A stretch of 64,000 bases of DNA from contig CANKMT010000005.1 in assembly GCA_947482825.1 (NCBI GenBank), positions 15,250 through 79,249 of the forward strand, read 5' to 3'. Positions within the stretch are counted from its first letter, which is position 1. Every line of letters starts with the position of its first letter. The notes below the pieces were generated by a model. It made no database searches. It worked only from the letters and a program-made list of their open reading frames with translations, and was not told the origin of the DNA. The stretch comes from Betaproteobacteria bacterium. Lineage in GTDB: Bacteria; Pseudomonadota; Gammaproteobacteria; Burkholderiales; SG8-39. The position numbers and the translations under genes are program-made. This document shows positions 25,977 through 35,493 of this stretch, piece after piece.

Positions 25977-27686
25977 ATGCAATCCGACTGCCCCGTATGC
26001 CTCAGCTACAAGGATGATGGCCTGCCCGGGGCGAATTTCCCGGAAGGCTGGAAGGAAATGCCCTCGAGCGGCGCGGTGTACGCGTCGTGGGTGCCGGTCC
26101 TCCACGGCAAGAGCCACCTTCGCGCGTGCCAGGCGTGCGGCACGGTCTGGAACATCGGTTGGAACCCGCGGGACAGCGTGTACGAAGGGTGTTCGAAGAT
26201 CCCCAAGGGTGCGCAGGCCATACTGCAAGCCGGAACCAGCGCGGCGCAGGTGCTGCGCGACGGGCTTGCGAACGACGTGGTCCGCTCCCTGGTCTCGACA
26301 TGGTTCGAAAATTCGGCCGCCAGGCGCGCGGAAATGATCGACGCGATCGAACGCGCGATCGGCGGTCACCATGGAGCGCTGGACGGCCGGTCGCTCCAGC
26401 AGTGCCTCGTGTGGCTCGACAATATCGCGGGCCGGGACCTTAACGCGGCCAAGACCCTCGGAGAGAACCGCGTGTTGCTCGAATTGTTGGCTGCGCTCCC
26501 GGACCGGCCCCGCCCGGTGGCCGACCGGCTGGCGGTTCGCACGAGTGTCCTGACTGCAGCCGTAGAGCGCATCGGCAAGCGGCTGCAGCAGGCGGCCCCC
26601 GAATGGGCGGCACGCCTGTGCGGCCTCCACTCGCTGGGCGCGCGGCGTGAACGCGCGCTTGCGATTCTGCGCCAGAGGCTCGAGGACGACGCCTTTCCGC
26701 ACGAACTCGTGTTGCAGGCCATCACTGAACTGGCCTCGCGCGAGGCCGGGACGGAGCCGCTCGAGGGCGGCCAGGTCGATCTGATGATCGAGGTACTGGA
26801 GAGGGCGCGCGCCCCGGGGCCCGGGCGCTCGAGCGCCATCGCGTGCAACCTCCTTATCGGACTCAACGCAAAGCTGCGTGCCGGCCTGGTGCCCGGGCGC
26901 CGATTTCAGGTGACCCAGGCCCTCGCCACGGACGAGGAGGGCAAGCCCATGCCCTCGATCCGGGATGCCTACGGCCATGCGCCGGCCAGCTTGCGCCTGC
27001 TGCAGACCTGGACCGTGGACGAAATCGAGCATGCGGCGTTCCACGATGCCGACAACGGCACGATCGTCGAAGTCCACGATCCGTCTTGCGGGTTGACGAG
27101 CTTCATGTCGATGGTGGTGAAGTACCACGCGATTGCGGATCTGGGAGCGCCCGGGGTTCGCGCGGCCACGCGCCTGCCGGTCGAGGTGTTCGCGATGCTG
27201 GAGTCGGATCCCGCGCGGCCACGCGCGCAAATTACAGGCACAGCGGCGCCGATCGCCGGTGCCTTCGTCCAGGGCAGCGCACGCGAAGAGTTCCTCGCCT
27301 CGTGGCGCGTGAGCGAGGAATTCGAGTTCGAAATGGAATACCGTGCGTTCTACGACGTGCTCACCGACACCGTCGTCGTCTACTCCAGAAGGGCCGGCGT
27401 CACGGAGCCGGGAGCGCAACGCCCGAGAGCGCAACCCGCAACCCTACGGCGAGCCTTCGTTGGGGGACAACGGCGCCGGCCGCGGCATGAGAACCAAGAT
27501 GCGCAAGTTCAGCGGCAGGATGATCGTCGAGGACGGCAAGCGCGACGACCCGCAGTTGCATCCGGACCTGGTCCGCGAACTCACCCGGATCCGGCCGCCG
27601 AGGTGGCGGCCCACTGGAAAGATACCGCTGGTTTACGCGAGGCGGCCGCGTCCGGGCGCATCCCGGCCGTAAATTTCGGTCGTTGA
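25977..27686 (+). CDS. Hypothetical large protein with N-terminal CxxC...CxxC zinc-ribbon-like motif; 3' end ambiguous (apparent frameshift near 27410)
   Basis: MQSDCPVC...(42 aa)...CQAC, then a helical-repeat-like middle. Third-position GC is high in this frame up to about 27419. After that the +1 frame carries the coding signal, to the stop at 27672. Confidence 0.55.
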   Translation: MQSDCPVCLSYKDDGLPGANFPEGWKEMPSSGAVYASWVPVLHGKSHLRACQACGTVWNIGWNPRDSVYEGCSKIPKGAQAILQAGTSAAQVLRDGLANDVVRSLVSTWFENSAARRAEMIDAIERAIGGHHGALDGRSLQQCLVWLDNIAGRDLNAAKTLGENRVLLELLAALPDRPRPVADRLAVRTSVLTAAVERIGKRLQQAAPEWAARLCGLHSLGARRERALAILRQRLEDDAFPHELVLQAITELASREAGTEPLEGGQVDLMIEVLERARAPGPGRSSAIACNLLIGLNAKLRAGLVPGRRFQVTQALATDEEGKPMPSIRDAYGHAPASLRLLQTWTVDEIEHAAFHDADNGTIVEVHDPSCGLTSFMSMVVKYHAIADLGAPGVRAATRLPVEVFAMLESDPARPRAQITGTAAPIAGAFVQGSAREEFLASWRVSEEFEFEMEYRAFYDVLTDTVVVYSRRAGVTEPGAQRPRAQPATLRRAFVGGQRRRPRHENQDAQVQRQDDRRGRQARRPAVASGPGPRTHPDPAAEVAAHWKDTAGLREAAASGRIPAVNFGR

Positions 27687-27687
27687 T

Positions 27688-28443
27688 CTACTTGCCGAGC
27701 TGGGCGGCGCCCTCGTCCTGCCAGAACGAAGGGTAATACTTCGGGCACACGCAATACTTGTCGTCTTGCGGAGGTTCGATCAGCATTTCGACCAACGGCT
27801 CGAGCAGGGTCTCGACCGAACGCGCAGCATCGACGGCGGCCTGGGTGACTTCCCAGTCTTGCTCGCTGTCCCTGATCGAGAGTTCCAGTTTGCCGCCCGA
27901 GTCATGGATATCGACTTTCACGCCGCGGACCCTAACGAAGTCGCTGGAGCGTGATAGGGGCGCTGCCGGGTCCGATGCGGCCAGCGCCGTGAGAATCCGT
28001 TGGATGTCCTTTCCATAGTCCGCCTTCAATACGACAGCGAGGCGGTCGCCGTAGTCGTCCATCCCGCCGCCGGAGCCGCGGATGAAGCGAAAATAGCGCA
28101 TCGATCGTGCCCATTCGCGCAGCTGCCTTTTCGGATGCTCCTTGAACAGCAACTCGCACCACTGCGGATTCTTCAGGCTGTCCCCGGGCGCCTCCATTGC
28201 CCACGAGATGAAAAGGAAGAACAGGCCGGCGAATCCGGCTGCCGCAGCAAGCACGAAACTAACCGCCAGGAGTACACCTGAAACGAGCGTCAACCATTGC
28301 AGCCAATGGCCGGGCCCCCCGTAGCGCATGAGGTCGGCGTAGTGCCCTTGAGTCCAGCCGGCGGAAAGCCAGGCCAAACCCGCCAGCGCCAGCGCGATCA
28401 GCACATAGACGGCTCGCTCGATCAAGTATCCTCTGGAAAGCAT
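27688..28443 (-). CDS. Hypothetical membrane protein (3 TM N-terminus + soluble C-terminal domain), coupled to lysR
   Basis: The ATG at 28443 overlaps the LysR stop (TAATG). MLSRGYLIERAVYVLIALALAGLAWL.... No family recognised. Confidence 0.55.
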   Translation of the reverse strand: MLSRGYLIERAVYVLIALALAGLAWLSAGWTQGHYADLMRYGGPGHWLQWLTLVSGVLLAVSFVLAAAAGFAGLFFLFISWAMEAPGDSLKNPQWCELLFKEHPKRQLREWARSMRYFRFIRGSGGGMDDYGDRLAVVLKADYGKDIQRILTALAASDPAAPLSRSSDFVRVRGVKVDIHDSGGKLELSIRDSEQDWEVTQAAVDAARSVETLLEPLVEMLIEPPQDDKYCVCPKYYPSFWQDEGAAQLGK

Positions 28444-29360
28444 TACACGACCTTCCTGCGCACCAGTGCGCCGCAGGCCGCTGCGTCCAGGCGCTCGACG
28501 AACCACGCCAGCGCCTTGCCCTTGTTGGCGGTCTTCCACGCAAGGTACTGGAACGACTCGAGCCGGGGCTCGGCCACATGCCGGATCACCAGGCGCCCCG
28601 CGTCGTGTTCGTCGCGCGCGATCGGTTCCGGCAGGTAACCGACACCGAGACCTGCGCGCTGCGCCGCCACTTTGGCCGCCAGGTCCGGCATGGTCAGCGT
28701 CTCCTGACCGAGCAGCAATCCCGTGCTGCGCGCAGGCTGGCTGCGGGAGGTGTCCGCAACTGCAATGGCCCGGTACTTCTGGATCTGCGCGGGGGCGAGC
28801 GGCTCGGGTTCCGCGGCAAGCGGATGCCCCGGGGCGACCGCGAACAGGAAGGGGATCGGGTTCATGCGCCGCACGCTGTACCCGGCCTGGCTCAGGGGTT
28901 CGCCGCCTGCGCCGATCGCGAGGTCGGCGCGGCCGGTTTGCACCGCCTCCCAGGTGCCGCCGAGCACTTCGTAGGAGAGGCGAATGCGGGTGCCGCTTTG
29001 CGCCCCGTCGAACTCGGCGATCAAAGGCAGGAGCGCTTCCGCGGTCAGGGTGATGTCGATCGCGATCCGCAGTTCGACCTCCCAGCCGTGCGCGACCTGT
29101 TGCACCCGGCGTTCGAGTTCTCCCGTGAGCGAAAGGAGGCCGCGCCCCTGCTCAACCAGTTCCCGGCCGGCCGGCGTCAGGGCGGCGCGGCGTCCGCTGC
29201 GGTCGAAGAGCCGGGCGCCGAGGTCTTCCTCGAGCCTGGCCATGGTGTAGGTCAGGGCCGAGGGCACGCGGTGTAGTTCCGCCGCAGCCGCCGCAAAGCT
29301 GCCCTTGCGTTCGATCGCGTCGAGTACCGTGAGTCCATCGAGGGAAAGCTTGGGGAACAT
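28443..29360 (-). CDS. LysR-family transcriptional regulator
   Basis: N-terminal HTH LTVLDAIERKGSFAAAAAELHRVPSALTYTMARLEEDLGARLFDRSGRR plus a LysR substrate-binding domain. Confidence 0.9.
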   Translation of the reverse strand: MFPKLSLDGLTVLDAIERKGSFAAAAAELHRVPSALTYTMARLEEDLGARLFDRSGRRAALTPAGRELVEQGRGLLSLTGELERRVQQVAHGWEVELRIAIDITLTAEALLPLIAEFDGAQSGTRIRLSYEVLGGTWEAVQTGRADLAIGAGGEPLSQAGYSVRRMNPIPFLFAVAPGHPLAAEPEPLAPAQIQKYRAIAVADTSRSQPARSTGLLLGQETLTMPDLAAKVAAQRAGLGVGYLPEPIARDEHDAGRLVIRHVAEPRLESFQYLAWKTANKGKALAWFVERLDAAACGALVRRKVV

Positions 29361-29372
29361 AGGTTAAAGAAA

Positions 29373-29389
29373 TTGAATCAATTGTTCAA
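29373..29389. promoter_or_regulatory. Candidate LysR-type binding site TTGAA-N7-TTCAA
   Basis: Interrupted inverted repeat TTGAATCAATTGTTCAA in the AT-rich lysR/pirin divergent intergenic region. Confidence 0.35.
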
Positions 29390-29476
29390 AAGTTTCCGCT
29401 TTATTTCCCTGTGAGGCAATAGGATACTAAGTCTATATGATTCAAATTCTATGAACTTAACGAACTGGAGGCATCG

Positions 29477-30172
29477 ATGATCGAGGTTCGCAAGGCGGCC
29501 GACCGTGGCTTCGCCGACCATGGATGGCTGCGCTCTTTCCACACCTTTTCATTTGCCGATTACCACGACCCGGCGCACATGGGGTTCGGCGCGCTGCGCG
29601 TGATCAACGAGGACCGGATCAACCCGGACCAAGGCTTCGGCACGCACGGGCATCGCGATATGGAAATCATCAGCTACGTGCTGGAAGGTGAACTCGCCCA
29701 CAAGGACTCGATGGGCAACGGCTCGACCATCGTGCCGGGCGACGTGCAGCGGATGAGCGCCGGCACCGGCGTACGGCACAGCGAATACAACCACGCCAAA
29801 GCGGTGACGCATTTCCTCCAGATCTGGATCGAACCCGGCGAGCGGGGTATCCCCCCGGGCTATGAACAGAAGCATTTCGACGCGGCGTCCAAGCGCGGCC
29901 GGCTGCGCCTGATCGCTTCGCCCGATGCCCGCGACGGCTCGGTGAAGATCCACCAGGACGCGAGCATCTATGCCGCACTAATCGACGGTACCGAAAAGGC
30001 GGCGCATGCGCTCGCCAACGGGCGCAGGGCCTATCTGCACGTGGCGCGCGGTGAGCTGACGGTGAACGGCACGGCGCTCCAGGCGGGGGACGCGCTCAAG
30101 GTGACGGACACGGCCGAACTGGTGTTGGAGAAAGGCCGCGACGCTGAAGTCATTCTTTTCGACCTGGCCTGA
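29477..30172 (+). CDS. Pirin-family protein
   Basis: RGFADHGWLRSFHTFSFADYHDP...GFGTHGHRDMEIISYVLEG is the canonical pirin N-terminal cupin. Confidence 0.9.
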   Translation: MIEVRKAADRGFADHGWLRSFHTFSFADYHDPAHMGFGALRVINEDRINPDQGFGTHGHRDMEIISYVLEGELAHKDSMGNGSTIVPGDVQRMSAGTGVRHSEYNHAKAVTHFLQIWIEPGERGIPPGYEQKHFDAASKRGRLRLIASPDARDGSVKIHQDASIYAALIDGTEKAAHALANGRRAYLHVARGELTVNGTALQAGDALKVTDTAELVLEKGRDAEVILFDLA

Positions 30173-30316
30173 TCGCGCCACCGCAGACCGATCAGAGGCT
30201 GTCGATCCTGCTCTTCGATAGGGCCAGGCAATTGCCGCAATGAATCAATTTCACTGGCTCCCACGCGCGCGATGCGTAGACTGAGGCCAACCGCATCGAA
30301 CCCAAAGGACGTCATC

Positions 30317-30796
30317 ATGGCCCTCCCGATGAACACCGGAATCAACACCAAGGATCGCGCGAAGATCGCGGAAGGGCTGTCCCGCCTGCTGGCGGACACC
30401 TACACGGTCTACCTCAAGACGCACAACTTCCACTGGAACGTCGAAGGGCCGATGTTCCAGACGCTGCATATCCTGTTCATGGAGCAGTACACCGAGGCGT
30501 GGAACGCGATCGACCTGATCGCCGAACGGATCCGGTCACTGGGCCACTATGCGCCCGGCACCTACAAGCAGTACCAGAAGCTCGCCTCGATCAAGGAGAC
30601 CGACGGAATCCCGAAGGCGACCCAAATGATCGAGTTGCTGATCGAAGGGCAGGAGGCGATCGTGCGCACTGCGCGCTCGGTGCTGCCGGTGGCCGACAAG
30701 GCCAGCGACGAGCCCACGCTCGACCTGCTCACGCAACGGATGCAGATCCACGAGAAGAACGCGTGGATGCTGCGCTCGCTGCTGCAGAAACAGTAG
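30317..30796 (+). CDS. dps: Dps (DNA starvation/stationary-phase protection, ferritin-like)
   Basis: [34 protein letters not shown]...DLIAERI. ATG at 30317. Confidence 0.9.
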   Translation: MALPMNTGINTKDRAKIAEGLSRLLADTYTVYLKTHNFHWNVEGPMFQTLHILFMEQYTEAWNAIDLIAERIRSLGHYAPGTYKQYQKLASIKETDGIPKATQMIELLIEGQEAIVRTARSVLPVADKASDEPTLDLLTQRMQIHEKNAWMLRSLLQKQ

Positions 30797-30813
30797 CTGC
30801 GCGCCAACCAGGC

Positions 30814-32217
30814 ATGGCCGGAACACGCACAGAAAAAGATTCATTCGGGCCGATCGAAGTCCCGGCCGACCGGCTGTGGGGCGCGCAGACCGAGCGCAGC
30901 CGGCAGTTCTTCCGCATCTCCACCGAGCGCATGCCCCTCGAGGTGGTGCGCGCGCTTGCGATGACCAAGCGCGCCGCGGCGCGGGTCAATGAGACGCTCG
31001 GGCTGATCGCGACGGACAAGGCGAGGGCGATCGAGGCTGCGGCGGGTGAGGTCTTGGCTGGCAAGCTCGATGATGAATTTCCGCTCTCCGTCTGGCAGAC
31101 CGGCTCCGGGACCCAGAGCAACATGAATGTCAACGAGGTGCTCGCGAATCGCGCCTCGGAATTGATGGGCGGCGTACGCGGGCCGGAACGGCTCGTGCAT
31201 CCGAACGACGACGTCAATCTCGGCCAGTCCTCGAACGACGTGTTCCCGACGGCGATGCACGTAGCCGCGGTGCTCGCCATCGAATCCAGTCTCCTGCCTT
31301 CGTTGGCCAATCTGCGCGGCACTTTGGCCGCGAAGCGGGACGCCTTCGACACCATCATCAAAATCGGACGCACGCATTTGCAGGATGCGACCCCGCTCAC
31401 GCTGGGCCAGGAGTTCTCGGGCTATGTCGCGCAACTGGACCAATGCGAGCGTGCGATTCGCGCGACGCTGCCGGGGCTCTGCGAACTGGCCGCCGGCGGT
31501 ACCGCGGTCGGCACCGGGCTCAATACGCACCCGGAATTCGCAGTGAGGATCGCGGCCGGCCTCGCGGCCGAAACCGGTTTGCCTTTCGTGAGTGCGCCGA
31601 ACAAGTTTGCGGCCCTGGCCGGGCACGAAGCGCTGCTGTTCGCCCATGGGGCGCTCAAGACGCTCGCCGCCACGCTCATCAAAGTCGCCAACGATGTGCG
31701 TTTGCTCGCCTCGGGGCCGCGCTCGGGACTGGGTGAAATCTCGATTCCCGAAAACGAACCGGGCAGTTCGATCATGCCCGGCAAGGTCAACCCGACGCAG
31801 TGCGAGGCGCTGACCATGCTCGCCGTGCAGGTGCTCGGCAATGACGTCGCGGTGAACGTCGGGGGTGCATCGGGCAATTTCGAGCTCAATGTGTTCAAGC
31901 CTCTGCTGATCAACGGCTTCCTGCAGAGCGTGCGCCTGCTGGCCGACGGGATGGCGAGTTTCGAGGCGCATTGCGCGCGCGGGATCGAACCGAACGTCGA
32001 CCGAATCGGCGAACTCGTCGGCAACTCGCTCATGCTGGTCACCGCGCTCGCGCCACATATCGGTTACGACCGCGCGGCCCGCATCGCCAAGCACGCGCAT
32101 GCGAGCGGAAGCACGCTGCGCGAAGCGGCGCTCGCGCTCGGATTCGTCACGGGCGAGGATTTCGACAAATGGGTGAGGGCGGAAGACATGCTCAAGCCGC
32201 AGGGGCGCGCGCAATGA
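30814..32217 (+). CDS. fumC: Fumarate hydratase class II
   Basis: [26 protein letters not shown]... and the signature [16 protein letters not shown]. Confidence 0.95.
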   Translation: MAGTRTEKDSFGPIEVPADRLWGAQTERSRQFFRISTERMPLEVVRALAMTKRAAARVNETLGLIATDKARAIEAAAGEVLAGKLDDEFPLSVWQTGSGTQSNMNVNEVLANRASELMGGVRGPERLVHPNDDVNLGQSSNDVFPTAMHVAAVLAIESSLLPSLANLRGTLAAKRDAFDTIIKIGRTHLQDATPLTLGQEFSGYVAQLDQCERAIRATLPGLCELAAGGTAVGTGLNTHPEFAVRIAAGLAAETGLPFVSAPNKFAALAGHEALLFAHGALKTLAATLIKVANDVRLLASGPRSGLGEISIPENEPGSSIMPGKVNPTQCEALTMLAVQVLGNDVAVNVGGASGNFELNVFKPLLINGFLQSVRLLADGMASFEAHCARGIEPNVDRIGELVGNSLMLVTALAPHIGYDRAARIAKHAHASGSTLREAALALGFVTGEDFDKWVRAEDMLKPQGRAQ

Positions 32218-32747
32218 GGCGCCGCGATTTTCTCGCGGCCGTGCCGGCGCTGGCGCTGGCAGGCTGCTCGACGCCGGGGATCAAGCTCGACGCCCCCTAC
32301 GTATCGACACCGCAGCCGGTCGTCGAGGAAATGCTGCGGCTCGCGAAAGTGGGACCCAAGGACACTGTCTACGATCTCGGATGCGGCGACGGCCGGTTCG
32401 TCATCACGGCCGCCGAAAAATTCGGCGCGCGCGGCGTGGGCATCGATCTCGATCCCCGGCGACTGGCCGAGGCGGTCGCCGGCGCTCGTCGCGCGGGTGT
32501 CACCGGCCGCGTGAGTTTCCGCCAGGAAGACCTCTTCCAGACCGATTTCTCGAGCGCGACGGTGGTCACGCTGTTCCTGTTCTCCGAGCTGAACGAGCGC
32601 CTGGCGCCGAGGCTGCGCGCGAACCTTCGCCCGGGCGCGCGGATCGTCGCGTACCAGTTCGGCATTCCCGGATGGGCGCCGGACGAGCAATCGCTGGTCA
32701 GTATCGACGGCAACAGCCACAGCATGTTTCTCTGGCAGATCCGCTGA
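32214..32747 (+). CDS. Class I SAM-dependent methyltransferase-fold protein with Tat-type signal and lipobox
   Basis: ATGA overlap with fum[19 protein letters not shown] (RRxFL + LAGC), then motif [12 protein letters not shown]. Confidence 0.7.
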   Translation: MRRRDFLAAVPALALAGCSTPGIKLDAPYVSTPQPVVEEMLRLAKVGPKDTVYDLGCGDGRFVITAAEKFGARGVGIDLDPRRLAEAVAGARRAGVTGRVSFRQEDLFQTDFSSATVVTLFLFSELNERLAPRLRANLRPGARIVAYQFGIPGWAPDEQSLVSIDGNSHSMFLWQIR

Positions 32748-32798
32748 GCCTTCGTCTTTGCGTTGTGACGAGGGCCGGCTGCTAAACTGCGGCCCGCC

Positions 32799-33419
32799 AT
32801 GTCCATCGTCATCCTCATTTCAGGCCGGGGCAGCAACATGCAGGCGATCCTCGACGCCGGCCTGCCTGTCTCCGCGGTCATCAGCAACAAGCGGGGCGCC
32901 GCAGGCCTCGCGATCGCTTCCGGCCGCGGCATTCCGACGGCCGTCGTGCAGGGCAACGACTACGGGACCCGCGAGGGATTCGACGCGGCGCTGGCCGCTG
33001 AAGTGGCCAGGCACTCGCCGGCCGCCGTGGCGCTGGCCGGATTCATGCGTATCCTGACGCAGCGGTTCGTCACCCGCTACGCCGACCGCCTGCTCAATAT
33101 CCATCCGTCGCTCCTGCCTTCGTTCACCGGCCTGAACACGCATGAACGCGCGCTCGCCGCCGGTGTCAAAGTGCATGGCTGCACAGTCCATTTCGTTACC
33201 GCGGAGCTGGACCACGGCCCGATCGTCGCGCAGGCGGCGGTGCCGGTATTGCAGGGGGACACCGCGGACGAACTCGCCGCGCGGGTGCTCCGGCAGGAAC
33301 ACAGGATCTACCCGCAGGCGTTGCGCTGGCTCCTCGAGGGAAAGCTTTCCGTCGTGGACGGCCTGGTGCAGGTAAAGGAACCCGATGCGCAGCAAACGCT
33401 CTTTTCCGAACAGCCTTAG
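32799..33419 (+). CDS. purN: Phosphoribosylglycinamide formyltransferase
   Basis: IVILISGRGSNMQAILD, NIHPSLLPSF and VHFVTAELDHGPI. Confidence 0.9.
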   Translation: MSIVILISGRGSNMQAILDAGLPVSAVISNKRGAAGLAIASGRGIPTAVVQGNDYGTREGFDAALAAEVARHSPAAVALAGFMRILTQRFVTRYADRLLNIHPSLLPSFTGLNTHERALAAGVKVHGCTVHFVTAELDHGPIVAQAAVPVLQGDTADELAARVLRQEHRIYPQALRWLLEGKLSVVDGLVQVKEPDAQQTLFSEQP

Positions 33420-34101
33420 CGCGTCCGCGCTGGCTGCAGTCGTTGCGTGTGTTCCGTACGCATCGGCGGCGCCGGCGCATCGCGTCGAGATCGCCTACGA
33501 CCTCACCCGCAATGGAACACCGATTGCGGAGCTTGTGGAAAGGCTCGAGCACGACGGCAAGACCTACCGCCTTTCGGCGCAAATGAAAGGCAAGGGTCTG
33601 TTCGCGCTGCGCGGCGACGCCACGCGCACCAGCCGCGGCTCGATCGCGGCCGACGGGCTGCGTCCTGCCGAGTTCGAGGACAAGAGGACCGGGCGCGACG
33701 CCGTGCGCGCCACGTTCGATTGGCCCGCAAAGGTCATGACCCTGCACGGGAAAGACGGTGCGGTCGAAACCCGGCCGCTTCCCGCAGACCTGCAGGACAG
33801 GCTGTCGTTCGCCTACAACTTTTCTTTCCGCGTGCCGGGCCCCGCGCCGGTCGGCGTGAGTGTGACCGACGGCAAGGGGACCTCGACCTCATCGTACAAG
33901 GTGGCGGGGCGCGAAAAAGTCGGCACACCCGCCGGTGAGTTCGACGCCCTCAAGCTCGAGCGGGAGAAGAAAGCGCCGGAGGACCGCACCTCGGAAATCT
34001 GGCTCTCGGCAAAACACGGGTATGTGCCGGTACGCGTGCTCGTGGTCGAAAAGGACGGCACGCGCATCGACCAGGTCGCCACGCGGGTGACAGTGCAGTG
34101 A
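33385..34101 (+). CDS. DUF3108-type secreted protein
   Basis: Signal peptide, then the pattern EIAYDLTRNG.PIAE..E.LEHDGKTYRL. The purN-DUF3108-rsmB order is common in betaproteobacteria (recollection). Confidence 0.65.
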   Translation: MRSKRSFPNSLSASALAAVVACVPYASAAPAHRVEIAYDLTRNGTPIAELVERLEHDGKTYRLSAQMKGKGLFALRGDATRTSRGSIAADGLRPAEFEDKRTGRDAVRATFDWPAKVMTLHGKDGAVETRPLPADLQDRLSFAYNFSFRVPGPAPVGVSVTDGKGTSTSSYKVAGREKVGTPAGEFDALKLEREKKAPEDRTSEIWLSAKHGYVPVRVLVVEKDGTRIDQVATRVTVQ

Positions 34102-34120
34102 CTTCCTGCCTGGCCAATCG

Positions 34121-35377
34121 TTGAAACCGACCAAGGCGCTGATCGCCCATGCGTCGGAAGCGTTGTCCGACGCGTTGAGATTCTCCGGGCCGGCCGACCA
34201 GGCCGTGTCGCGCCACTTCCGCAACAATCGCGAACTCGGCCAGTCGGATCGCGCCTTTGTGGCCGAGACCGTTTTCGGGGCGCTGCGCAGGCGGCGTTCG
34301 CTTGCAATGTCCGCGCAATCGGAATCGCCCTATTCGCTGGTGCTCGCTTCGCTCGTTCGCCTGCAGGGGCTTTCGGTGCGTTCCGCAGCCGATGCCGTGC
34401 GCGAGAAAGACCTGCTGTTGCTGGAGCGTGCGCTCGCATCGCGGACCGAAGATCTGCCCGCGGCCGTGCAGGCCGACCTGCCCGACTGGCTATGGGAGCG
34501 GCTCGTCTCCGAATACGGCGAGCCCGAGGCGCGAGCGCTCGCCCAAGGCCTGCTCGGTGCGGCGCCCATGGACCTGCGCGCAAACGCGATCAAGGGGTCG
34601 CGCGACGATACGCTGGCGGCCCTGCGCGCGGCGGGCATGGCTTGCGAGCCCACGCCGTATTCGCCGACCGGGATTCGCCTTGCGGGGAAGCCTGCGATCA
34701 ACAAGCAGCCGCTGTTTGCCGACGGCCGCGTGGAGGTGCAGGACGAGGGCAGCCAGCTGCTGGCGTCGGTCGTTGCGCCCAAGCGAGGCGAGATGGTGGT
34801 CGATTTCTGCGCCGGCGGCGGCGGCAAGACGCTCGCGCTCGGCGCGATGATGAGGAACACCGGTCGCCTGTACGCATTCGACGTTTCGGCCAAGCGGCTC
34901 GCGGGGCTGGATCCGCGCCTCGCGCGCTCCGGGCTTTCGAACGTCCATCCGATCGCAATCACCACCGAGAACGACCTGCGCGCCAAGCGCCTGGCCGGCA
35001 AGATCGACCGCGTGCTGGTGGATGCGCCGTGCTCCGGCTTCGGCACGTTGCGGCGCAACCCCGACCTCAAGTGGCGGTTCGGAGAGAAGGATGTCGCCGA
35101 ACTGGTCGCCAAGCAGTCGCGCATCCTTGCGGCGGCTGCGCGGCTGCCTCGCGTTGGTGGACGGCTGGTCTACGCCACCTGCAGCGTGCTGCGCGAGGAG
35201 GGCGAGGGCATTGCAGTGCAATTTCTGGCGACACACCCGGGCTACGCGCAAGTCTCGTGCGCCGAGATCTTGCGCTCGCAGGGCATCGCGCTCGATACCG
35301 GGCCCCAACTGCGGCTGATTCCGCACCTGCATCACACGGACGGGTTCTTTGCCGCCGCGTTCGAACGCCGCCGATAA
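34121..35377 (+). CDS. rsmB: RsmB/NOL1/NOP2/Sun-family rRNA cytosine-C5 methyltransferase
   Basis: VVDFCAGGGGKT (SAM motif), DRVLVDAPCSGFGTLRRNPDLKW and LVYATCS (catalytic Cys motifs). TTG start. Confidence 0.85.
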   Translation: MKPTKALIAHASEALSDALRFSGPADQAVSRHFRNNRELGQSDRAFVAETVFGALRRRRSLAMSAQSESPYSLVLASLVRLQGLSVRSAADAVREKDLLLLERALASRTEDLPAAVQADLPDWLWERLVSEYGEPEARALAQGLLGAAPMDLRANAIKGSRDDTLAALRAAGMACEPTPYSPTGIRLAGKPAINKQPLFADGRVEVQDEGSQLLASVVAPKRGEMVVDFCAGGGGKTLALGAMMRNTGRLYAFDVSAKRLAGLDPRLARSGLSNVHPIAITTENDLRAKRLAGKIDRVLVDAPCSGFGTLRRNPDLKWRFGEKDVAELVAKQSRILAAAARLPRVGGRLVYATCSVLREEGEGIAVQFLATHPGYAQVSCAEILRSQGIALDTGPQLRLIPHLHHTDGFFAAAFERRR

Positions 35378-35493
35378 ACGTAAACTTTTATCCTAAAATC
35401 ACAAGCTGGCTAGCGGCTTTCATGCCAATCTTGTTGTGTATTCAAACAACGACAGGACTATTTGAGCGAGCCGCAATCGCTCTCAAGGCGCAT

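Noticed and set aside
27487-27672. Independent 62-aa gene (MRTKMRKFSGRMIVEDGKRDDPQLHPDLVRELTRIRPPRW...) overlapping the tail of the large unknown ORF.
   Set aside because: The +1-frame coding signal begins upstream of this ATG (from about 27421) and joins the main ORF with a 1-nt correction. A frameshifted C-terminus is therefore more parsimonious than a separate gene. It is kept as an alternative in the finding on 27400-27686.
30173-30316. Possible OxyR-type site upstream of dps (GATAGGGCCAGGCAATTGCCGCAATGAATCAAT).
   Set aside because: It only loosely resembles the ATAG-N7-CTAT repeat consensus, too weak to report as a site.
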